From assembly GCA_041750975.1 (NCBI GenBank), contig JBGSYN010000104.1, positions 970-64,969 of the forward strand: DNA of 64,000 nt, in the 5' to 3' direction. Below the pieces are notes generated by a model. That model had not been told where the DNA came from and did no database searches. It saw only the letters and a list, made by a program, of their open reading frames with translations. Below are positions 1 through 7,527 of the stretch, one piece after another. Position numbers and translations under genes: made by a program. How positions within the stretch are numbered: position 1 is the first letter of the stretch; each line of letters opens with the position of its first letter. The stretch is from Geminicoccaceae bacterium. GTDB taxonomy: Bacteria > Pseudomonadota > Alphaproteobacteria > Geminicoccales > Geminicoccaceae.

Positions 1-737
1 ATCGCCCGGAACTCCTCCATGGTTCCGTAGTCCGGGTGCGGGGCAAAGAAGCCTAGCGTATTGTAGCCCCAATAATTGGCAAGGCCCAAAGCCTCGAGCC
101 GCGGTTCGGTGACGAACGCCTGGATCGGCAAGAGTTGGAGAGCGGTCACACCAAGCTTGACTAAATGATCAAGAACGGGTCCTTGGCCCAGACCCTGAAA
201 GGTGCCCCTGACCCGGGGATCGAGTGCCGGGTGCAGCGCCGTCAGTCCCTTGACGTGCGCCTCATAGATGATCGTTCGGTCCCAGGGGATATGGGGCCGT
301 GACGGCCTGGCAACAGCGCCGTTCCAAGGGTCCGGCACCCGCGCCTTCCACATCGAGGCGGCATTGTCCCGCCGATCGGGCTCGTGCCATAGGGCATCGG
401 CAAAATGCAGTCGGCTGAAGCGATAGGAGCCCGCCAGCTCCTTCGCGTAGGGATCAAGCAGAAGCTTTGCAGGATTGAAGCGATGCCCATCCCCTGGCGC
501 CCAGGGACCGTCCACCCGATAGCCATAGACGAGCCCCGGCCCACCATCTGGCAGAAACCCATGCCAGACCTGATCGGTCAACACAGGAAGTTCGTGCCGC
601 ACGGTCTCCACCGTACCGGAACTATCGAACAGACAAAGGTTGACCCGGCTTGCGTGGGCCGAAAAAAGGGCGAAATTGACCCCTTTTCCGGTCCAGGTCG
701 CGCCCAGCGGGTAGGCCCATCCCGCTTCAAGCGTCAA
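1..737 (-). CDS. glgX: Glycogen debranching enzyme GlgX, N-terminal part (3' end lies outside the window)
   Basis: Absent from the ORF track because it runs off the window edge. My minus-strand translation from TTG at 735-737 (GAGGA 7 nt upstream, in-frame TGA three codons upstream) reads LTLEAGWAYPLGATWTGKGVNFALFSAHASRVNLCLFD...TALQLLPIQAF...ANYWGYNTLGFFAP. This is the typical GlgX N-terminus and the start of the GH13 barrel. Confidence 0.85.
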   Translation of the reverse strand, partial: MTLEAGWAYPLGATWTGKGVNFALFSAHASRVNLCLFDSSGTVETVRHELPVLTDQVWHGFLPDGGPGLVYGYRVDGPWAPGDGHRFNPAKLLLDPYAKELAGSYRFSRLHFADALWHEPDRRDNAASMWKARVPDPWNGAVARPSRPHIPWDRTIIYEAHVKGLTALHPALDPRVRGTFQGLGQGPVLDHLVKLGVTALQLLPIQAFVTEPRLEALGLANYWGYNTLGFFAPHPDYGTMEEFRA

Positions 738-784
738 TGCCGGTCCTCAACCCATCTCAAGCGCCGACCTGCTATGGACGGACC

Positions 785-1777
785 TCAGCGGAAATAGACG
801 GGATCGGGATTTTCGGGATAGAGCGAGGCGACCTGCTCGACATAGCCATTATACATCAAGGTCGGAATCCGCTCGTCGATGCCGAGCCGCCGTTCGGTCG
901 CCTGCGACCAGCGCGGATGGGGGACCTCGGGGTTCACATTGGCCCAGAAGCCATATTCGTTGCCGGCAATCTCTTCCCAGAAGCTTTTCGGCTGCTCGTC
1001 GGTAAAGGTGAGCCGGACGATCGATTTGATGTGCTTGAAGCCGTATTTCCAAGGCACCGCCAGACGCAGCGGCGCGCCGTTCTGTTTGGGCACGGGCTTG
1101 CCATAGGCGCCGGTCACCATAAAGGCGAGTTCGTTAGTCGCCTCTTCCATCGTGAGGCCCTCGATATAAGGCCACGGATACCAGAAGGCGCGTTGGCCAG
1201 GCGCCATCGAGCTATCCTCGAAGGTCTGCATCTCGATATATTTGGCACCGCTGAGGGGCCGCGCATAGTCGATCAGCGCCTTCAGCGGAAAGCCGCTCCA
1301 AGGGACCACGAACGACCAGGCCTCGACACACCGGTGGCGATAAATCCGCTCCTCGAGCGGCATGGCTTGCAGGAGGTCGTCGATGTCAACCGTACGCTCC
1401 TCCTCGACCATGCCGTTGATCTCGACCGTCCAGGGCCGGATTTGGAGTTCCTGGGCCGCGGCTGCGATCTGCTTGTGCGAGCCGAACTCGTAGAAATTGT
1501 TGTAGCTCGTCACAACATCGGCCTCGGTGATGGCCTCGTCCGTAACGAACGCCTCGTTCCTCGGCACCGGGTAAAGCCCGGCGCTCGGATCGTCGCCCGC
1601 AGCCGCAATGGCCGCATCGTTCATGCCGTAGCGCGAGGCGATCAACGCCACGCCGCCAGCGATCGCCGCCGTGCCGAGGCCCATCGTCTTCAGAATGCGC
1701 CGGCGGTCCATGAACAACGGCTCGGGCGTGACCTCGTTTTCGGCAAGTTCCCAATCTCGTTTTCGCCGGACCCACAT
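785..1777 (-). CDS. msrP: Protein-methionine-sulfoxide reductase catalytic subunit MsrP (YedY-type molybdoenzyme)
   Basis: Twin-arginine signal (DRRRILKTMGLGTAAIAGG) and the conserved block SYNNFYEFG...RIYRHRCVEAWSFVVPWSGFPL. I chose the start at M29 of the tracked ORF (MWVRRK; GGAG upstream) by comparison with the E. coli MsrP N-terminus. Confidence 0.9.
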   Translation of the reverse strand: MWVRRKRDWELAENEVTPEPLFMDRRRILKTMGLGTAAIAGGVALIASRYGMNDAAIAAAGDDPSAGLYPVPRNEAFVTDEAITEADVVTSYNNFYEFGSHKQIAAAAQELQIRPWTVEINGMVEEERTVDIDDLLQAMPLEERIYRHRCVEAWSFVVPWSGFPLKALIDYARPLSGAKYIEMQTFEDSSMAPGQRAFWYPWPYIEGLTMEEATNELAFMVTGAYGKPVPKQNGAPLRLAVPWKYGFKHIKSIVRLTFTDEQPKSFWEEIAGNEYGFWANVNPEVPHPRWSQATERRLGIDERIPTLMYNGYVEQVASLYPENPDPVYFR

Positions 1778-1928
1778 AACGCCAGTCTCCTTAACAATCA
1801 TTTCAATCCACTGGCACTTTACATAGGTCATGCTGGCCCTTGTGTCGCGGCACGCTTTCACACGAGCGCGTTAGATCGGCCAAGAGGCGCGGGCCGTAAG
1901 GAAAGGCAAAACAAATTGGGAGACCGTC

Positions 1929-2672
1929 ATGGTCGAACTCGCCTCTTTGCCTTCACCCTTCAACGCCGTCGTCGTCGGTGCCACCGGCGGAATCGGTAGT
2001 GCCTTCGTGGACGCCCTGCTCGACAATGACCGGCTCGGCACGCTGGTCGCATGTTCACGCAATGAGCCTGACATCACCGACGACAAGCTCGCCTGGCTGC
2101 CGCTCGATGTCACCGAGGAAGCGACGATCGAGGCGGCCGCCGAGAAATCTAGAGATCGTGGCCCATTCCAGCTGATTATCTGTGCGGTGGGCATCCTGCA
2201 TGGCGACGGCATCGAGCCCGAGAAATCCTATGAGGCACTGGATCCGGAGCGTCTGATCAAGAATTTCCGGATCAACACGATCGGGCCGGCACTCATCGCC
2301 AAGCACTTCCTGCCGCTGCTGGAGCCCAGGGAGCGCGCGATCTTCGCAGCCCTCTCGGCCCGTATCGGCAGCATCGGGGACAACCGGATCGGCGGCTGGC
2401 ATGGCTATCGCGCTTCCAAGGCGGCGCTCAACATGATGATCCGGAAGTTCGGCATCGAAACCGGCCGCCGCCACAAGGAGATGATCTGCGTCGGCCTCCA
2501 TCCCGGCAGCGTCGATACCGGCCTTTCCAAGCCGTTCCAGGGCAGTGTGCCGCAAAACCAATTGGTTCGCCCCGACCAGGCAGCGAACCACCTGCTCGAG
2601 GTCATCGACAATCTCAAGCCCGAGGATACCGGCCACTGCATTGCCTGGGATGGCGAGCGGGTTCCGTTCTAG
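1929..2672 (+). CDS. SDR family oxidoreductase
   Basis: Rossmann motif VVVGATGGIGSAF near the N-terminus, catalytic YRASK (YxxxK), length 247 aa, GGGAGA Shine-Dalgarno sequence. Confidence 0.85.
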   Translation: MVELASLPSPFNAVVVGATGGIGSAFVDALLDNDRLGTLVACSRNEPDITDDKLAWLPLDVTEEATIEAAAEKSRDRGPFQLIICAVGILHGDGIEPEKSYEALDPERLIKNFRINTIGPALIAKHFLPLLEPRERAIFAALSARIGSIGDNRIGGWHGYRASKAALNMMIRKFGIETGRRHKEMICVGLHPGSVDTGLSKPFQGSVPQNQLVRPDQAANHLLEVIDNLKPEDTGHCIAWDGERVPF

Positions 2673-2757
2673 ACGATCCGAACGGCGCGGCGTTTGCTGG
2701 CCTTATTGACCGCTTCCCGATCCGCCACAGTTTGTTCGAGAGGCTTGGAGGTGCGCC

Positions 2758-3594
2758 ATGCGGTTCATTCGTGTTGTCGTTGCTGTTCTGGTGATGCTGG
2801 CTGTCCCTGATGGTCCGGCCAAGGCTCAGACGCCAGTCGATCTGGAACTCGTTCTCGCTGTCGATGTTTCGCGCTCGATGGATATGGAAGAGCAGCGGCT
2901 GCAGCGTCAGGGCTATATCGAGGCGCTGGCGCATCCCGAAGTACTGGCGGCAGTCCAACGCGGGTTTCTGGGGCGCGTCGCCCTTACCTATTTCGAATGG
3001 GGCGGGCCCATCATCCAGGATGTCATCGTTCCCTGGACCATCATCGAGGATGCAGCCTCCCTGCAAAAGGTGCTGGACACCCTAGCCGAGGCCAGGATCC
3101 GGGCGGTGCTCGATACCTCGATCTCGGAAGCGCTCTACTTCGCCGCCACCCTCTTCGACGAGAACGGCATCGAGGGCTCGAGGCAGGTCATCGATGTGTC
3201 AGGGGATGGCCCGAACAACCTCGGCAGCAGGGTGGAGCCCGCGCGCGATGCCGTGGTCGCTAAAGGCATCGTCATCAATGGTCTGCCGCTGATGATCCAG
3301 GGCGCAAATCACGGTCCCTGGAACATCCGCGATCTCGACGTCTACTACACCGATTGCGTGATCGGCGGGCCGGGTTCCTTCGTCATTCCGATCAACGGTT
3401 TCGAAAACTTCGCGGAAGGCGTGCGCCGCAAATTGATCCTGGAGATCGCAGGCGTGACGCCGGAGGCGCCGCCCCATCGTACTGCCACTTGGCCGCCGCA
3501 TCTCATTCTCGCCCAATTGACACCGCGCGATTCCAAGATGGACTGCCTGATCGGCGAGAAGCTGCGGCAGCGCTGGATGGGTATGCTGCCTTAG
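2758..3594 (+). CDS. DUF1194 (vWA-like) domain protein, secreted
   Basis: Signal peptide followed by LELVLAVDVSRSMDMEEQRLQRQGYIEAL...TYFEWGG, which I recognise as the DUF1194 / von Willebrand A-like signature. GGAGG Shine-Dalgarno sequence. Confidence 0.7.
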   Translation: MRFIRVVVAVLVMLAVPDGPAKAQTPVDLELVLAVDVSRSMDMEEQRLQRQGYIEALAHPEVLAAVQRGFLGRVALTYFEWGGPIIQDVIVPWTIIEDAASLQKVLDTLAEARIRAVLDTSISEALYFAATLFDENGIEGSRQVIDVSGDGPNNLGSRVEPARDAVVAKGIVINGLPLMIQGANHGPWNIRDLDVYYTDCVIGGPGSFVIPINGFENFAEGVRRKLILEIAGVTPEAPPHRTATWPPHLILAQLTPRDSKMDCLIGEKLRQRWMGMLP

Positions 3595-3603
3595 CCAAGT
3601 CAA

Positions 3604-4476
3604 TCAGACGGGGTGATTCGGCGCCGGCGGCAGGTCGGCGCCGCGAAACAGGATCGCGTTGCGCATCACCAGATATTTCTCATGAGCCCGCATCGCCGCC
3701 GGATCGAAATCGGTCTTGGGTCTCGGCTCATGCTCGTAATGCCCATGGCGATCGACACCTCGAACCAAGGTCGCGCAATCCGGTCCGACCTTTGGCGCCA
3801 CCGCCGGGTCGATGAAGGTAATGACATAGTTCACGCGCGGCGCTTCGGAATCGTTCGGCCCGGAGCCGTGCGGCGTGTGCAGATGATGGAACGAGACCTC
3901 CCCGGCATCGATCAGGACCGGCACCGTCGTCTTCGGATCGACCTCGAGATCGATCGTCTCGCCACGTGACAGAAGCTCGCCCTCGGCTTTCCTATCCTGG
4001 TGCGGGATCTGCCCGAGCCGATGGCCGCCCGGCAGGAAACGCATCGTGCCGTTCTGGAGCGTTGCCGGCGTCAGCGCCACCCAGGCGCGGACCACGCCTT
4101 CCGTCCGATCCAACTCATAATTGGTCGAATCCTGGTGCCAGGAGACAAAAGCGCCGGAGCGTGCGGCCTTCCAGAACACCCCTGAAGACCAGACCATGAT
4201 GTCGGGCCCGATCAGGCTCTCGACGGCGTCCAGGAGGCCTTCGTCATGACAGATTTGGTCCGCCCATTCGAACAGCAGATGCGCCTTCAAGAGATAGATC
4301 TGATCGACCGGCCGCGGATAGCGTCCGGCGATATCGCCGGACGTGAACGCCATGAAACGCCCGGCGACTTCTAACGCCTGCTCAGGTGGCATCAGCCGGT
4401 AGGGGAAGTAGTAGCCCTGTTCCCGGAACTGCCGCACCGCAGCCTCCGGCAATCCCAACGTCGAAACACTTGCCAT
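3604..4476 (-). CDS. Phytanoyl-CoA dioxygenase (PhyH) family Fe(II)/2-oxoglutarate oxygenase
   Basis: HxD facial-triad motif (WHQDS) and a distal His (FHHLHTPHGSGPN) at PhyH-like spacing. 290 aa. Confidence 0.8.
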   Translation of the reverse strand: MASVSTLGLPEAAVRQFREQGYYFPYRLMPPEQALEVAGRFMAFTSGDIAGRYPRPVDQIYLLKAHLLFEWADQICHDEGLLDAVESLIGPDIMVWSSGVFWKAARSGAFVSWHQDSTNYELDRTEGVVRAWVALTPATLQNGTMRFLPGGHRLGQIPHQDRKAEGELLSRGETIDLEVDPKTTVPVLIDAGEVSFHHLHTPHGSGPNDSEAPRVNYVITFIDPAVAPKVGPDCATLVRGVDRHGHYEHEPRPKTDFDPAAMRAHEKYLVMRNAILFRGADLPPAPNHPV

Positions 4477-4493
4477 TGCCCGTCACTCCCTTC

Positions 4494-4513
4494 TGTACTA
4501 CATTAGTAGCACA
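4494..4513. promoter_or_regulatory. Imperfect inverted repeat upstream of the toxin-antitoxin pair (candidate autoregulatory operator)
   Basis: TGTACTAC-ATTA-GTAGCACA has 7 of 8 arm positions complementary and lies 18 nt upstream of the antitoxin ATG. Type II antitoxins usually bind such palindromes. Confidence 0.35.
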
Positions 4514-4530
4514 CATCCGTGAGTTCGATC

Positions 4531-4797
4531 ATGACAGAATTGAAACCCATCAACCTGCGCGATGCCAATCAACACTTCTCCAAGATCATTAGGCAACTGG
4601 AGGAAGGCGAAGAGGGGTATGTCGTGCTTAAGCACGGCAAACCCGTAGCGCGAATTCTGCCCGTGCCCAATGAGCCCAAAAACTCACTGACGCCCGACCA
4701 GGAGGCAGCACTGGCGCGGATTCTCTCCACCAAGTTCAACCGCAGCTACGGTCGTTTCGATCGTGACGAACTCTATGACGACCGTTTCAAGAAGTAA
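4531..4797 (+). CDS. Type II antitoxin, Phd/YefM family
   Basis: Small protein starting MTELKPINLRDANQHFSKIIRQLEEGEEGYVVLKHGKPVARILPV, a Phd/YefM-like N-terminal fold. It overlaps the downstream PIN gene. A GTG at 4519 is an alternative start. Confidence 0.75.
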   Translation: MTELKPINLRDANQHFSKIIRQLEEGEEGYVVLKHGKPVARILPVPNEPKNSLTPDQEAALARILSTKFNRSYGRFDRDELYDDRFKK

Positions 4798-5251
4798 GGG
4801 ACCTTTTGCTCTCGATACCAATGTCCTGATCTATGCTCACCAATCCCAGGGCGATGACCGGGAAGTCCGAGCCGAAAGGATCGTCGCGTTGGCGGCAAAG
4901 ACGGGTCGATGTGTCCTTGCACTCCAGACCATCGGCGAGTTTTTTCATGCCGCGACCCGAAAGAAACTCCTCAGCACGACACGGGCTCATCAGCTGGCTC
5001 TCGATTATCTGGCGTTATTCGCAACCGTCCGCGCCGATCAGACAGATGTTGCGCGAGCCCTGGACGCGGCGACCACGGGTTCTCACTCCTATTGGGATGC
5101 CTTGCTGCTGGCGACGCTCAGCCGTGAAGGGTGCACCATGCTCCTGAGCGAGGACATGACCGACGGCGCGACCTTCGACGGAATGCCGATCAACAATCCG
5201 TTTGCGGCTCCCTTCCTGGATGACGACATCCAGGCAATCCTGGCCAATTGA
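4763..5251 (+). CDS. vapC: PIN-domain toxin, VapC family
   Basis: N-terminal FALDTNVLIYA carries the first PIN acidic residue, with later conserved acidic positions (LLSEDMTDG). It overlaps the antitoxin stop. The start is GTG 4763 or ATG 4775. Confidence 0.75.
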   Translation: MTNSMTTVSRSKGPFALDTNVLIYAHQSQGDDREVRAERIVALAAKTGRCVLALQTIGEFFHAATRKKLLSTTRAHQLALDYLALFATVRADQTDVARALDAATTGSHSYWDALLLATLSREGCTMLLSEDMTDGATFDGMPINNPFAAPFLDDDIQAILAN

Positions 5252-5253
5252 CC

Positions 5254-6006
5254 TCAGCCTTGACGGCGCATGAAGCTGAAGCTTTGCGCGGTCGGGCCGG
5301 GCTCGGGGCAACTGGCGATGAAGAGGGCGAGAGGGGCGACCTCATCGGGCTGCTTCGCCCACTCGCCCGGCATCTCGAAGGCGGCAAGACGGCCGCCTTC
5401 GAGCCGCTCCGCCTCGGTCGCGGGCGTGATGACAGGGCCGGGCACCATCTCGTTGACGCTGATGCCTTCCGCCACCAGTTCCTCCGCCAGCACCCGGGTC
5501 AGCATCCAGACCCCGGCCTTGCCGACGCAATAGGAGGAATGGCCGGCGACACCGCGATGCCCCATGCCCGAGCCCATCATGATGATGCGGCCGCCACCGC
5601 GCTTTTTCATGAGGGGAATGGCCGCCCTGGCGCAGTAATAGGCCGAGGTCAGATTGAGCTGGACCCCTCCGACCCAGGCCCCGGGGTCGCTGGCATCGAC
5701 CCGCCCGCGGTGAATATTGCCGCCGGCATTGGCCATCAAGACGTCGAGTCCACCGAAACGGGCCTCGATCTGCTGCATCATCGAGGTCACCTGTTGGAGA
5801 TCGGTGACATCGCAGGTGACGGCCAGCGCCTCGCCTCCTTCGACCTGGATAGCGGACGCAACCGCCTCGATTTCGCTCGTGGTCCGCGCCGCACACACGG
5901 TCTTCGCACCCGCCGCCCCGAAAATCCGGGCGATCGCTTCGCCGATACCATGCCCGGCACCGGTCACCAGCGCCACCTTGCCCTGAAGCGGTCGGTCCTG
6001 CGTCAT
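5254..6006 (-). CDS. SDR family oxidoreductase (FabG-like)
   Basis: LQGKVALVTGAGHGIGEAI glycine-rich motif, NAG motif (MANAGG) and YCVGK catalytic motif. 250 aa. Confidence 0.85.
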   Translation of the reverse strand: MTQDRPLQGKVALVTGAGHGIGEAIARIFGAAGAKTVCAARTTSEIEAVASAIQVEGGEALAVTCDVTDLQQVTSMMQQIEARFGGLDVLMANAGGNIHRGRVDASDPGAWVGGVQLNLTSAYYCARAAIPLMKKRGGGRIIMMGSGMGHRGVAGHSSYCVGKAGVWMLTRVLAEELVAEGISVNEMVPGPVITPATEAERLEGGRLAAFEMPGEWAKQPDEVAPLALFIASCPEPGPTAQSFSFMRRQG

Positions 6007-6198
6007 TTGCTAACCCCCTTGACCTTTAGCAGAGGACCGGGCGCTCTGCCCCGATCCCCGTTGCGGTGTTCCGACCTATCACGGGACGCCGCTTCGGGCC
6101 ATGATCTGATCGACGGGTCCGCGTCGCCGGAATGATCCGGGGCCGACAGCGTCCATAGACGTTAACGCCAGCCAAAACAGTCGGGACGAGAACCAGCG

Positions 6199-6624
6199 AT
6201 GCATCGGATGATCTTTGGCGATTTCTTTCTTTTCCTGCGCCATGTCCATACTCTGACGCGCTTTTCGCGGGGCATTCTCCTGATCCTCTTCATCATGTTG
6301 ACGATCGCCACGATCGCCCTCGGCATGGTCGAAAATCTGCCGATCGGCCAGACCATCTACTTCTCGTTCATTACCGGCCTCACCATTGGGTACGGCCATT
6401 ACCTTCCCGAAACGGGAATGGGCCAGGTCCTCTGCATCGTCATCGGCATCCTTGGCGTGGTTTTCGCCGGGATGGTCGTCGCGATCGCCAATCGCGCCCT
6501 GCAATGGTCGCTCAACGAAAAGCTCCAACTCGAAGACCCCATCGCCCGCCGCCACCACGAACTCTACGAAACCGCACCGTCCCGCCAGAAATCGTTCGTG
6601 CATTTCAGCAGGAAGGAAGGCTGA
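6199..6624 (+). CDS. Minimal two-TM potassium channel (KcsA-like)
   Basis: Canonical K+ selectivity filter TIGYG, flanked by two hydrophobic helices (LLILFIMLTIATIALGMV and VLCIVIGILGVVFAGMVVAIA) and followed by a short C-terminal soluble tail. 141 aa. Confidence 0.8.
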   Translation: MHRMIFGDFFLFLRHVHTLTRFSRGILLILFIMLTIATIALGMVENLPIGQTIYFSFITGLTIGYGHYLPETGMGQVLCIVIGILGVVFAGMVVAIANRALQWSLNEKLQLEDPIARRHHELYETAPSRQKSFVHFSRKEG

Positions 6625-6757
6625 GGGGCGCAGCGCATGGCGATCGTTCCTGCAAACTCTTCTGCGGTCTTCATGTCTCTACCCGTCGAGTGACAGTTGA
6701 CGAACCCGTCCCAACGCGCCGACACGAGGGATGATTGGTCAACACGAACGGGAGGTC

Positions 6758-7519
6758 ATGATGGCGTTTGCTTCATACCCGAGCCTCAAGGACGCGGTGG
6801 TTTTCGTTACCGGAGGTGCGTCCGGCATCGGCGAGCAGGTGGTCCGGGCTTTTGCCGGACAGGGCTCGAAGGTCGGTTTCATCGATCTCGACCGAGAGCG
6901 CAGCGAGGCCCTGGTCGGCGAGCTTGGTGGTGGTGCCGAAATTCATTTCGAGGCGTGTGATCTGCGCGACATCGATGCCCTGCTGCGGGCGTTCAAGGGC
7001 CTGGAGGCGGCTTTCGGCGACGCCGCGGTGCTAGTCAACAATGCGGCGCGCGACGACCGGCATGGCTGGGAGGATGTCACGTCCGACTATTACGACGAGC
7101 GGATCGCGACCAACCTCAAGCACATGTTCTTTGCGATCCAGGCGGTGGCACCGGGCATGATCAGGCAGGGCAAGGGCTCGATCGTCAATTTCGGCTCGAA
7201 CTCCTGGTGGCAGGCGAGCGGCGGGATGCCGGTCTACACTTCCGCCAAGGCGGCCGTGCACGGCATGACGCGCTCCTTCGCCCGCGATCTCGGACCGCAT
7301 CGGATCAGGGTCAACACCGTGGTGCCGGGCTGGGTCATGACCGAGCGCCAGAAAGAGCTTTGGGTGACGCCGGAAAAGCTCGAGCAGCATCTCGCCCGGC
7401 AATGCCTGCCGGACCCGATCGACCCGGTCTATCTGGCGCGGATGGTGCTGTTTCTGGCCTCGGACGATGCCGCGATGTGCAGCGCCAACAACTACATGGT
7501 CGAAGCCGGCTCGATCTGA
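6758..7519 (+). CDS. SDR family oxidoreductase
   Basis: VVFVTGGASGIGEQ, NNAA and YTSAK motifs. GGAGG lies at 6751-6755. The start is ATG 6758 or 6761; the tracked 6731 start is less likely. Confidence 0.85.
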   Translation: MMAFASYPSLKDAVVFVTGGASGIGEQVVRAFAGQGSKVGFIDLDRERSEALVGELGGGAEIHFEACDLRDIDALLRAFKGLEAAFGDAAVLVNNAARDDRHGWEDVTSDYYDERIATNLKHMFFAIQAVAPGMIRQGKGSIVNFGSNSWWQASGGMPVYTSAKAAVHGMTRSFARDLGPHRIRVNTVVPGWVMTERQKELWVTPEKLEQHLARQCLPDPIDPVYLARMVLFLASDDAAMCSANNYMVEAGSI

Positions 7520-7527
7520 CCCGAGCC

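Noticed and set aside
737-1999. 420-aa plus-strand ORF overlapping msrP. Similar long antisense ORFs occur at 16123-17475, 39986-41089, 42507-43547, 51265-52293, 51974-53737, 54968-56002, 57044-58138, 60209-61300 and 62502-63596.
   Set aside because: All are Arg/Gly/Ala/Pro-rich with no motifs. Each lies opposite a gene with clear family signatures. They are treated as compositional artefacts, not overlapping genes.
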